Below are positions 40,946-50,519 of a DNA stretch of 64,000 nucleotides, in pieces. How positions within the stretch are numbered: position 1 is the first letter of the stretch; each line of letters begins with the position of its first letter. The notes under the pieces are model-generated. The model made no database searches. It was not told the DNA's origin and saw only the letters and a program-made list of their open reading frames with translations. Both the position numbers and the translations under genes were made by a program. The DNA comes from Porphyridium purpureum (taxonomy: Eukaryota): positions 496,001 through 560,000 of the forward strand of contig VRMN01000002.1 of the NCBI GenBank assembly GCA_008690995.1. Reading direction: 5' to 3'.

Positions 40946-43042
40946 TTAATCCAGCGTAACATGCACGCGATCAACACTTGCGTCCAGCCCACCAAGATCG
41001 GAACAGACCATTGACTCGCCGCTGCCAGACTGGTCAAAAATGATCGCTCGGCCATGTAAAATGACCGCAACAAGAATTACAAGAAGTGCGGTGAAGATGG
41101 CAAGCATGCTGAGGGAGAGACTAACCCTTGAAATATCGACACTTCGTCGCCTCGGTGTTAGCGCGTCTTCCACCGGCGTGGACCGCTGGGTATTTGTAAG
41201 CTGAGGACTGTCGAGATCTCGCTGAATACGCTCGGCTAGCTGCGCTTGCTGGCTCGTCTGCGCTTCAGCCTCAAGTACACGGATTTTAGCAGTCAACTCT
41301 GCTACTTCTTCGCGTGAAGACTTGACAATCTCAAAGTCATTTTCCTGCACCAGCTTCAGAGATGAAACTTGCTTTTCAGCCGCGTGCAGCGCATCCTCCA
41401 ATTCGCGATTCTTTTGTGTTTCCACCTCAAGCTCCGATCTTAAGCGCTGTAAAGTTTTGGAGTCTCCTTCACGTTGGGCCTCAGCGTCTGCACGAATAGA
41501 ATCCAACTGTTGTTCTGTTTCCTTTAGCGTTTCGCGTAGCCTCTCAAGTTCCGCCTGCGTCTTTTCCTTTGAGCTTCGCTCCATTTCCAAATGCATCCTT
41601 GCGTCTCCCAATTCTTCTAGCTTGCGCTCCTCCTGTTGGGCAGTTTTCCGCAGTTCTTCTTCCAATCTGTTTTGCTCTTTCTGCAACGCGACCAACTGCA
41701 CATTGGCATCCGCGAGTTGTTTCCCAGTCTCCTCCAGCTCATCATTCGTCTGCTTCAGCTTCGCCAAAGACGCTTCAAATTCGTCATTTACAGATGCCAG
41801 ACCATGTCGAGCTCTCTGCAATTCTTTTCTCATGCCTCCTTCTTCTGTTCGCGTGGCTTTCAACTCCTTGCGCAAGTTCGAGATTTTGTCGAACAAATCT
41901 TTGTGCTCCTGCAGTAGATCCTGGTTCAACTTCCTTGTTTGCTCAATCTCTTGCGCTGCTGCGAGCTTCTGCGCGATCATTTCGTCGCGCGACGCCTTAA
42001 GGTCAGTAATGATTTTCTGCTGCACTTCAGCGCTTTGACCGCCGCTACTTTGGCTTTCCATCTCTGCGACTCGGTTCTCCAAACGATTGAGCTCCATTCT
42101 CAGCCGATTCTCGCGCTCCTTACCCTTCTTCTTCTCTTCCAAGAGCCTCGAAATGTCTTTGTCTTGCAACTCTAGTCGACTTTCCGCCGAGTTCAGCTCT
42201 TCCGTTAGCCGGACAATCTCTTCTTGCAGTTTCTTCGTACTTTTCAAGACAGAAGCTCCACTGCCGACGTCTCTTATGCCACTTTTGCGCTGTTCGCTGA
42301 CTTTCACAACATCGCGGCTGTCCGAGTCAATCGAATCTGCTTTAGCCGAGCCCGAAATCGTCCGCTGAAGAGAATCTGCGTCTTCGCTGAACTGTTCGGC
42401 ACTGTTGGGTACCGTTCGCGCAGATCTCACCTCATGGGAGTAGCCTCGCATCAAGGTGGTTTTAAGGGACTGCAAAACAGGCTTCTCCTTCAACGGCTTC
42501 TCAAAACTGGAGGCAGATTTGGTCTTGGCATTTCGGAACAAGCCGCTCATTTTGGAACGCAACTTCTCCTCGGACTGTGCCCCGGCTGAGCTCCCCGTGG
42601 CAGCCTTGCTCGTATTCAACGCCTGTGACTGGGCACTGGTGAAAGTTGGATACGCCGCGCGAGACGGATCTAAAGAGTCACAGCTGTCCGTCTCGTGAAC
42701 AGGCATGTTGGCTTCGTCTTGCGAGCTGAAATTGCTACTCGCAAGCCTGCCGCCTTTTCGTGAGACATTCGAATTGAAAGATGTCACGCGTTCAGTACCT
42801 TCATGCACGGGTGGAAGCGACCCCGGGCGGGGTTCAGATCCATCCATACTCACGGCTCGCGGAGTAGTTGAGGTAAACTTGTACAATCCCTTTTGCGAAT
42901 TCCCTCGGCGGATCGCATCCTTGGAACCAGAACCCGACCCGCTGAATTGCACACTCATGGGCTCAACTGGGTCTGCCTCAGCTTCCGAAACTTTGTCAGA
43001 ACCCCTCTCCGGGCTGACACTGCTGAGGCTTGGCTCGCCCAT
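40946..43042 (-). CDS. Long coiled-coil protein with a C-terminal transmembrane segment
   Basis: Ser-rich disordered N-terminus, about 330 aa of E/K/Q/L heptads, and LSMLAIFTALLVILVAVIL near the C-terminus. Confidence 0.8.
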   Translation of the reverse strand: MGEPSLSSVSPERGSDKVSEAEADPVEPMSVQFSGSGSGSKDAIRRGNSQKGLYKFTSTTPRAVSMDGSEPRPGSLPPVHEGTERVTSFNSNVSRKGGRLASSNFSSQDEANMPVHETDSCDSLDPSRAAYPTFTSAQSQALNTSKAATGSSAGAQSEEKLRSKMSGLFRNAKTKSASSFEKPLKEKPVLQSLKTTLMRGYSHEVRSARTVPNSAEQFSEDADSLQRTISGSAKADSIDSDSRDVVKVSEQRKSGIRDVGSGASVLKSTKKLQEEIVRLTEELNSAESRLELQDKDISRLLEEKKKGKERENRLRMELNRLENRVAEMESQSSGGQSAEVQQKIITDLKASRDEMIAQKLAAAQEIEQTRKLNQDLLQEHKDLFDKISNLRKELKATRTEEGGMRKELQRARHGLASVNDEFEASLAKLKQTNDELEETGKQLADANVQLVALQKEQNRLEEELRKTAQQEERKLEELGDARMHLEMERSSKEKTQAELERLRETLKETEQQLDSIRADAEAQREGDSKTLQRLRSELEVETQKNRELEDALHAAEKQVSSLKLVQENDFEIVKSSREEVAELTAKIRVLEAEAQTSQQAQLAERIQRDLDSPQLTNTQRSTPVEDALTPRRRSVDISRVSLSLSMLAIFTALLVILVAVILHGRAIIFDQSGSGESMVCSDLGGLDASVDRVHVTLD

Positions 43043-43771
43043 ATCGACGCAGAGCGGCCCTGTACGACTTGACCGCGTGCCTTCCCCTTTCTTGCTGGTC
43101 CGCGCTGCTCAGGATTCGACCACAAGACAGGGCACAGCTTTCATCGACCTCCCGGTATATCCAAGCCAATTTTACGCCACGAGGATCGCCACCCGAGAGG
43201 GCAACGCCAAGAAGCCTTGTCCCTGCGGGTCAGCGCCGGGCGATGCGAAACACGCTCACGCCGCGCAGCTCTCGCGGACAGAGCGCGCGTGCGGTTCCCC
43301 CGAGACGCAAGAATATATCACGCAAATCGCCAGCCCCGCGCTGTATGTTCCGGCGGCGCTATGCTACGCTGCGCATGAAAGGCGCCACGGAACCCGCGCG
43401 CAGTCGCCCGCCCCCTTGTTACTGCGAGTCTCCCCACACCTTCTACCCGCTCGCACGCCCATCGACCACTAGTAAATCAGGCGCGTTTACTACGAGCCAG
43501 TGAGAAGTCCACGCGCCCAGACTGAACGTCTGTGCCCAGGCACGCTCAGTTGGTCGGCGGTACAGCGGGTGTTCACTGAAAGGGTCTCACGGAGGAGGTA
43601 CGGCGAGGGTACAGTTGATTGAGGGAAGAAGCGTGGCCGACGGCATGTGTGCTGCACGCGTGAGGAGATCCCGGAGGTGTGTGGAAGGTGCGTGGGGTGC
43701 GCGAGCGTCGTGGCGTCTGATTCGCACGGGGAGAAGCAAGTACATAGGCACTCGGCGACGCATATCGAGTG

Positions 43772-44476
43772 ATGGCTTTCGTCCAGCTCGTTCCCTTGGC
43801 CGGCCTCCAAAGGGCGGCGCCAGCGGTGTGTCGCGCCCCTCGAAACATCCGGACAGGTAGGTGAGCAGCGGCTTTTGGGCACGCACGGCATCATGTCTCT
43901 CTCGGCCTTTCGCGTTCTCGCGCTCGCGGGCAAGCCTTGTGCTTGGAAATCTTGTGAATGCACATCTGCACCACAGAAGGCCATGCGCCTGGCGAGCGTG
44001 CGCCCCCTTGTCAACACGAGCCAGGCAACGGGTTCGCTCGCGACGAGCGCATCGAGCATCAAAATGTGCTCGTACAAAGGGACACGGAAACTCGTTTGCA
44101 CAGTTCTACTTCGTTTTCGAGAGAAGGATCACTGACCGTTTTCCATTCCATTTGTTCATTGCGTTCGATTTGCGTGTTATTCTCCGTGACATTGACAGAG
44201 CGTGCGAGACCGTTGCGAGTTCCTTGCCTCTCTATGAAAGAGGAAGAGATCGACAGCTTTGATGAAGTCGCCGCACGCGTCGCCGAGATCAAAGAGGTGA
44301 TGGAGGGCTTGACAGCCTTCAAGGAAAGAATTATTGCGGACACCACCAAAGTCGCGAAAAAGGTCAAGACACCGCCGAAAAAGCTCGCCGAGGCTCTTGC
44401 AAACCATCCAGACATCATCAAGATCGACCAGTCCATGAAGCAGTTGGAAGAGGATTTGAGAATTTTGGATGGTTAG
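43772..44476 (+). CDS. Two-exon plastid-targeted small helical protein resembling cyanobacterial hypothetical proteins
   Basis: Exon 1 43772-43856 (MAFVQLVPLAG...), intron 43857-44198 (GTAGGT...CTGAC...CAG, phase 1), exon 2 44199-44476 in frame. Confidence 0.72.
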
Positions 44477-44888
44477 AGGAGATTCGTTGTAGAAGGGCGC
44501 ACTTGAAAGGCTTGACTGGCTCTTGATGGACTGGCGCGGCACCTGCGAGATCCGCGGGAGCTGGTGTTCTTCAAGTAAAGCATAGAATGAGTAGAAAAAT
44601 TGGGTGAACTCTTTGGAATTCGTTGTGAGGGAGGAAACCGTGAAGGATGCGACGCTGCGCCTATCTGCACCACGAGTTTACCTCCAAAAAGTTTCGCCCG
44701 TCCCCATCTCTTCATTACTGCCAGCGTGTCGAAGAGGTGAGAAAGAGATTCACACGCGTTTCTAGACTACGTTTCTTCTTTTGGACCGGACGCACAGAAT
44801 GACGTCGACGTATTGAGCACTGAACACCAGACGTGTTAATGCTAGTATTCTGGGCGACGGCGCTGCATATAGCTCCTGCGTCTGCGCT

Positions 44889-45452
44889 ATGAATCACTTT
44901 GCCTTTGTGGGGCCCGGACTTCCGCAGCGGTGCGGAACCTTCGGCTCTCGCGTCCAGGAGACACGAGAGCGGCGGCCGTTTGTTCCCGTGCGTACTTTTC
45001 ACCGCGCGCCTGTGGGTGTGCTGATGCAAAAGGGATTTGGGAGTAACCCCGACAAACTCTCACAGGGCGGGCACGATACGACTGGTCAGAGAAAGAAGAG
45101 CAAGGCGAGCGGGCCCATCGGAGCGGACCAGTTTCTGCTTGCGTTTACTTGCAACGTGTGCGAGACGCGGGTGGCTCGTAAAATCAAGAAACTTGCGTAT
45201 AACAAGGGAGTGGTGATTGTTGAGTGCCCTGGATGCGCGAACCGCCACCTGATCGCGGACAATCTGGACTGGTTTCACTGGTTAACAGACGAACAGAAAA
45301 ACAAAACTGTCGAGGACTTTGCCCGCGAGAAGGGACAGACTGTTGTGCGTCGAAGCGTATCTGCGGACACGGAAGGTTTATTCGAAATTCTGCCCGACGC
45401 AGCGATGTTGAATGAGTCGACCCAGGTTGATGATGCCGAATCTAGAGGCTGA
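44889..45452 (+). CDS. DNL zinc-finger Hsp70 escort protein (Hep/Zim17 family), organellar
   Basis: FTCNVC.TR, AY.KGVVIV.CPGC.NRHLIADNL.WF. Confidence 0.93.
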   Translation: MNHFAFVGPGLPQRCGTFGSRVQETRERRPFVPVRTFHRAPVGVLMQKGFGSNPDKLSQGGHDTTGQRKKSKASGPIGADQFLLAFTCNVCETRVARKIKKLAYNKGVVIVECPGCANRHLIADNLDWFHWLTDEQKNKTVEDFAREKGQTVVRRSVSADTEGLFEILPDAAMLNESTQVDDAESRG

Positions 45453-46435
45453 GTCGCGTTGAACGCCTGAGCGTGAGGTGCCAGTCGCCGGCCTTGCCAG
45501 CAATACACATTTGAAAGAAAAAGAGGGACCGAAAAAGAATTGATGGTATAACCCTTTGATATCTTGAGGTAGAGCATCAAAAAACAGCGTGACTTCTTCG
45601 CCTATTCGCCCGCTGATTTTGAGCACCGTCTGGTCCTTGCAATTTGTCCCGCGGTCTTTGCCAGCGTCATTCAACATCGGATTCACGTACCGGTACTTCA
45701 AGCCATCCGTATTGTGAGGCTGCCCCGGCTTGGATTCCCTCTGTGCCGCGCCGAATGTTTCAACTGAAGCATCCTGCTGAGCACACGTCACAGTTTGTGA
45801 AGGTTGTGTGGAACAGGTCCAGGATTAGTTTCGGCGCAGTTTGATTTCCCTCGAGAAGTTCGAGAATCCGGTAGTCCAATAAGGGACTCGTCTGGACAGA
45901 AGCGCGCGTGGCGCCATGGACGCGGCTGAGACGCTCGCGCCGCAGATCGTTGCCGCTGTCCAGCCGTTCAAGTTTGCCTTGATCGCGCTCCGCTGCCTTG
46001 TCTCCGCGCGTTCGAGTCGCACAGCGACACCGCGTCGGGCCGCTCGCCTCGACTCCAGCGCCACCTGCCCCCGCCGTTTCCGTTGCCTTTGTTGTCGTGG
46101 CGCACTTCCGCCAGCCACGTCGACGCCCCGCGTGCCGGTACCGGCTGGCGCAGCGCCACCTCGCGCACGCACGCGGCTTCGCGGTTGCGCGCCCTATCGG
46201 TCTACCGGTCCGCCAAATTCGTAACGTGCGGCGTGGTCCAGTGCGTCCGCTGCAAGTGTCTGCTGATAGTTCGCGTTCTCGTTGCAGAACGCGCGTGTTT
46301 TGGCGGCTGCGCGTGCGTTTGCACACGTACGCAGGCAGCAGACGCAGAGGCGACACGCGCTTAGGGGGGCAGTCGCGCTGCGATTTGAACGCGCGCGCAG
46401 GGCGGGAGTCGCGTCGAACGAGGCTGCGTGGCGGT

Positions 46436-46470
46436 GGAGAGAGAGAGAGAGAGAGAAAGAGGGGGAGGGA
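46436..46470. repeat. (GA)n microsatellite
   Basis: ggagagagagagagagagagaaagagggggaggga. Confidence 0.7.
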
Positions 46471-46850
46471 GGGCATCGTGCACGAAGGAGACGTGGCGCG
46501 GCGGCACTCGGTTGTGGCGCGGCTGGGCGTGCGCGCGCGAGCGGGAACGGCGTCCGTCGATCGAATTTGTCGTGGTCGCGGCCCACGCACATGCGCACGC
46601 GGGAACGGCGGCCGGAATTGCGCGCGCGTGCCTGATCACACGCGGACGAGGCGAGGGCGTGAAGGGGCAGCGGCAAGCGTGCGCCGAGTGGGCACGGGCG
46701 TTGTGCGAGCACGGCAGTGGGCGCGTTCGAGTCCGTCGCTGGTCCGCGCGCTTCGTTCGAACCCACTGTAAGCAGCCGTGCATGGGTGCGGGGCAGAGAT
46801 AGGTCGAGGCTGGGTGGTGGTGCAGATAAGAACGCACGCGCGTCTGCATC

Positions 46851-47693
46851 ATGTTCAGTTGCTTCGGGGGCACGCCCTCCGCGGGCAAGCGCGAAATCGG
46901 GACAATTACGCTGATGGGTATCATGCACGAGCAAGGAGGCGTGCCGAATCAGGACTACGCATTGGATGTGACAATCGGCGGCGATGAAAAGGTGTGGATA
47001 GCGTGTGTCTTTGACGGCCACGGAGACGACGGACATGAAATCTCGAAGATTGCCGCCACAACAGCCAAAGCTGCGTTCGAAAAGGTGATTGCCGCCGGCG
47101 AAAAGGACCTTGGTAAGATCATTGAGAAGGTGTTTAAGGAGGCAAACGAGGCGGTGGATCTCTCCGAATTTTGTAGGACGTCTGGCTGTACAGGGAGCAT
47201 GTGCATTGTTCGAGGAATGGAAATGGCAGCAGGAAATGTCGGCGACTCCTCCATTGTCCTATGCAGTGCGAAGGGTGCGGCCTACCATCCGAAGTGGCAC
47301 TCAACAGATCATCGATTAGACGATGATGCAGAAAAGGCGCGCATTGTTGAAAATGGCGGTATCATTTATGAAGACCAGTATGTGGTTGACAAGGTGGAGA
47401 AGAACAAGGGTCTGATGGTAACTCGCACCATGGGAGATGTTGACATGCGTCCGAATGGGGTCATATGCGAACCAGAAATTACAAAAAAGAAGCTCACTGA
47501 GGACGACAAGTACATTGTGGTTGCGTCGGACGGCTTGTGGGATGAAGACGGGATGTCCTTGCAGTATGCGTGCAACGTTACTTTTAAGCACGCAAGAAAG
47601 GGTCCTCTTGCTGTGAGTAAGGCACTGCTCAAAGCTGTAAGTGCAGATGGACCCATGGATGACTGCACGATAGTAACGCTTTCACTCAACTAA
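46851..47693 (+). CDS. Protein phosphatase 2C (PPM family)
   Basis: NQD, VFDGHG, SGCT, NVGDS, DH, TR.MGD, VASDGLWD, DDCT. Confidence 0.95.
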   Translation: MFSCFGGTPSAGKREIGTITLMGIMHEQGGVPNQDYALDVTIGGDEKVWIACVFDGHGDDGHEISKIAATTAKAAFEKVIAAGEKDLGKIIEKVFKEANEAVDLSEFCRTSGCTGSMCIVRGMEMAAGNVGDSSIVLCSAKGAAYHPKWHSTDHRLDDDAEKARIVENGGIIYEDQYVVDKVEKNKGLMVTRTMGDVDMRPNGVICEPEITKKKLTEDDKYIVVASDGLWDEDGMSLQYACNVTFKHARKGPLAVSKALLKAVSADGPMDDCTIVTLSLN

Positions 47694-48430
47694 CCGCTTT
47701 CTTTTCCTCGAGTGGCCGCGTGCAGCCTGGACAGATGTTGCGGTCGGCCCGGGAGGCACCAATGCTTGGCTCCCTCTGACATTTGGATTTATCGGACCTG
47801 CACTTGGCCCTCTCTTATCACGGACGGTTCGGCTCGAAGCTTCCTTTGGTGCGCCTCATTCTAGTCTTCTCGTTTTCGCGTGCGATTTGGTTCTTCCTTG
47901 GGCGCGTGTCGGATCTGTTCGTCCCTACCCTCTTTCTTTTCCGGTTCTGGCCCAGCTGGCCGCGACGCCAACAAATGGGGCGGCCACAGACTGTGCATAT
48001 ATCGTCAGAGGCTTTCGGACGGCAGTGAATACCATTGTTTAGCGCTCGTTTGCGCCCGTTTTAGAGTGTATCTCTGGTGTAAGTCAGCCTCCGCTAGCGC
48101 GTTTGAGGATATGTGACCGTTTTTCCGTGGACGAGTTGCCAACACGCAAAGGACTGCCGAGTGAAGCGGGTGCTTTACTTCCTGGCTTGCAAGACAGGGC
48201 GGGCAGGGCGTGAGGGTGTAGACCGTTCGTCTTCCGCGTGCAGCACAGACGCCAATAAACTCCCAGATCGAATGATGACTTACCCTAAATGTCTCGCGTG
48301 CTCGATCATTCCACCGCGAGAATGAAAGCGGGCGACGAAGTTCCTGAAGAGAGCCGCAGCACTCAGAAGGCCCACACTTCAGCTTGGGTCGACAACGCTG
48401 AAGACCTTGTTTGCGCGTTCTTTTCAAGGT

Positions 48431-48820
48431 ATGGGGAATTGTCTAGCCTCCACGCCAAAGGAACCGGAGCCGGAGCCGGGAACCGGCGCTTTCGAAGTCG
48501 CCGTGGTCCTGGTTGACGGCAAGACTCTGAAAATGAAAGTTGCACCAGAAGAATCATTCGGCGCGGTCAAGGACCGCGTCGCTAAGAGGGACCCAAGCGT
48601 CAAAGGCCAGGAATCGATTCGTCTTGCGCGAAACTTTCAAGGCATGGTGCTCAATCTAGACGATGACAGCACCGTCGGCTCGGTTGGGCTAAAGCCGGGC
48701 GACCAGCTCATATGTCAGAAACTCGGTGAATCCGTTCCCGAGCTGAGCTCTGTGATTGCAAGCAACGAAGCGTCTATTCGCGCCCTAGGTGACGAGCATT
48801 CAATCAAGAGAGTATTTTAG
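48431..48820 (+). CDS. Small ubiquitin-like-fold protein with N-terminal MGNC acylation motif
   Basis: V.LVDGKTL.MKV.PEES...VKDRV, RL, LDDDSTVGSVGLKPGDQL. No C-terminal GG. Confidence 0.65.
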   Translation: MGNCLASTPKEPEPEPGTGAFEVAVVLVDGKTLKMKVAPEESFGAVKDRVAKRDPSVKGQESIRLARNFQGMVLNLDDDSTVGSVGLKPGDQLICQKLGESVPELSSVIASNEASIRALGDEHSIKRVF

Positions 48821-49256
48821 GATGAAAGGTCGCTTGGCATGCATCTGGTTGCTATAGTTTCAGTTCCGCGAGGAGGGTGCTCACACGATGGCTTTGGCCA
48901 CTACGGACAGCCTTGGCGACGTCTGAAATTTCCGATTCTGACTCGTTCAGTTCTCGGTAACGCTGTTTTCGCTCTGTATACCAATCTTCGACGCTGATTG
49001 CGAGTGTTTAAATCGAGCCGCCAGAAGAAAGTCATGTGTACTCCTTCTCGGACAATGTGGCAGCTCGACTGCTGGTCCTCGCGTGGAAGGGTATCGCACA
49101 GGAATGAAGTCTCCACAAAAATACTGTAGAAGATAAAGAAGAAGAGAGTCCATCTCAGACTGTGTGGGTTGAATTCGCGTCCCAATAAGCCTCTACCAGA
49201 TCATGACGCCACCGAAACAGCACGGAAACGAGACGTCTTGGCATCCGGCCCATGTA

Positions 49257-50012
49257 TTAATGATTATCAGAATATTTGAAAGCCACCTCCTTCAGATCAA
49301 CGAGAAGAGGACCAGCGCTGTCTACACGATACCCTCCTGGCTCAGCGTCAAAAGAGATTCTCGGCAATACGACCCTGCTTTTGACCTTTATGTACGCGTC
49401 CTTGTGGACCGTAATTTTTTGCTGATGTCGGAAGGTTGTCCCGTTCGCATTTTCCGATTCGATTGCACCAGAGAAGGGCTTGATACCACAAGAGATTTTC
49501 CATGACAGCGTGCGATAGTCCATCGCCGCACAGAAGTGGAAGGCGTGGCGAGAGAGACCCGGCAGGAGATAGCGTTTCTTGAATTCGACTTCATTCCAGG
49601 TGAATTGAACTTGAGTGCCTGAAAACGGCTCCTTGACCGAACCCAGAGGCTGGATACCTCTCCATATGAGCCTCCTCTGGGAATCAAGACCCCAGTTGAA
49701 GTTTGCGCCCAACTTGAGCCTGAGCACTGGCCAGTTGATGATCCTCTGAAGCGAGAGCTTGAATACCAGGTTTTTCCATCCCACAATGATCGGCGGTGTT
49801 CCGAAGGAAAAGCTGTTTTCGTCTCCGTCTTCATGAGCGTACGGGCCTGCCTCTGGAGCGATGCTTCTCGGCGACGGCTGTGCCCAGTGCACGTGCGCGG
49901 CCTGCGCGTGCGCGGCGGCCGGCGGATTCGGCACGCCCGGCGGCGTGTACACGGTCAACGTGGAAGGCGCCACCACGGGCCGGGTCCTTCGGTCGCGCGC
50001 AGGCTCTGACAT
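49257..50012 (-). CDS. Hypothetical protein with Pro-rich N-terminus and beta-strand-rich body
   Basis: 251-aa ATG ORF divergent from eEF2, with alternating hydrophobic/polar patterns. Confidence 0.65.
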   Translation of the reverse strand: MSEPARDRRTRPVVAPSTLTVYTPPGVPNPPAAAHAQAAHVHWAQPSPRSIAPEAGPYAHEDGDENSFSFGTPPIIVGWKNLVFKLSLQRIINWPVLRLKLGANFNWGLDSQRRLIWRGIQPLGSVKEPFSGTQVQFTWNEVEFKKRYLLPGLSRHAFHFCAAMDYRTLSWKISCGIKPFSGAIESENANGTTFRHQQKITVHKDAYIKVKSRVVLPRISFDAEPGGYRVDSAGPLLVDLKEVAFKYSDNH

Positions 50013-50519
50013 TGAGTTTGGCGATCGACTCTAGCTGCGCGGCGCAGCGCGAGGGGCCGCGAGTCCGCACGCATCGTTCCCTCACCCCTGCTTAACCAGC
50101 GCCCCCTGCCAAGCGAAGGGAAAAAAGCGAAGATGAAAAAAGCAGGCGCAGTGGTGTATAAATTAACGCATTAAATATCGCGGCACTGTACACCCACGCG
50201 TGCGGAGTGAACACGCGTCCGCACGCACGCCGCGCTGGGCCGCAGCGGCTGCGCCCCGGGACGACGAGCGCGGTGCCGCACCGCGCCTAGTGAAACGCGC
50301 TGCTTTAGTAGGGCCCAGTGCGGCGTGCCTCACGTCAATCGCGCGGGCGGGGGACGGGAAGGGGAGAGGAGGCAGCTAGTGGTGGGGCGCGACGGGTGGG
50401 GACTCGCGAGGGAGTGGAACAGGCGCGTCGCATTGCCGCCGAGCGTGACGCACGGGGTGGGGTAGAGCAGGGGCCGGGGCTGGTGAGCGCGCTCGCGCAG
50501 ACGGAGGAGGCTAGCCAAA

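Noticed and set aside
45453..46850. Many overlapping long ORFs on both strands upstream of PP2C
   Set aside because: Very GC-rich, low-complexity Arg/Ala-rich translations with no family motifs. Splice-like signals near 45690-45830 could not be assembled into a credible gene.
48272..48347. Possible box C/D snoRNA (ATGATGA...CTGA, about 76 nt)
   Set aside because: No convincing terminal stem, internal C'/D' boxes or recognisable rRNA guide. Such box pairs arise by chance.
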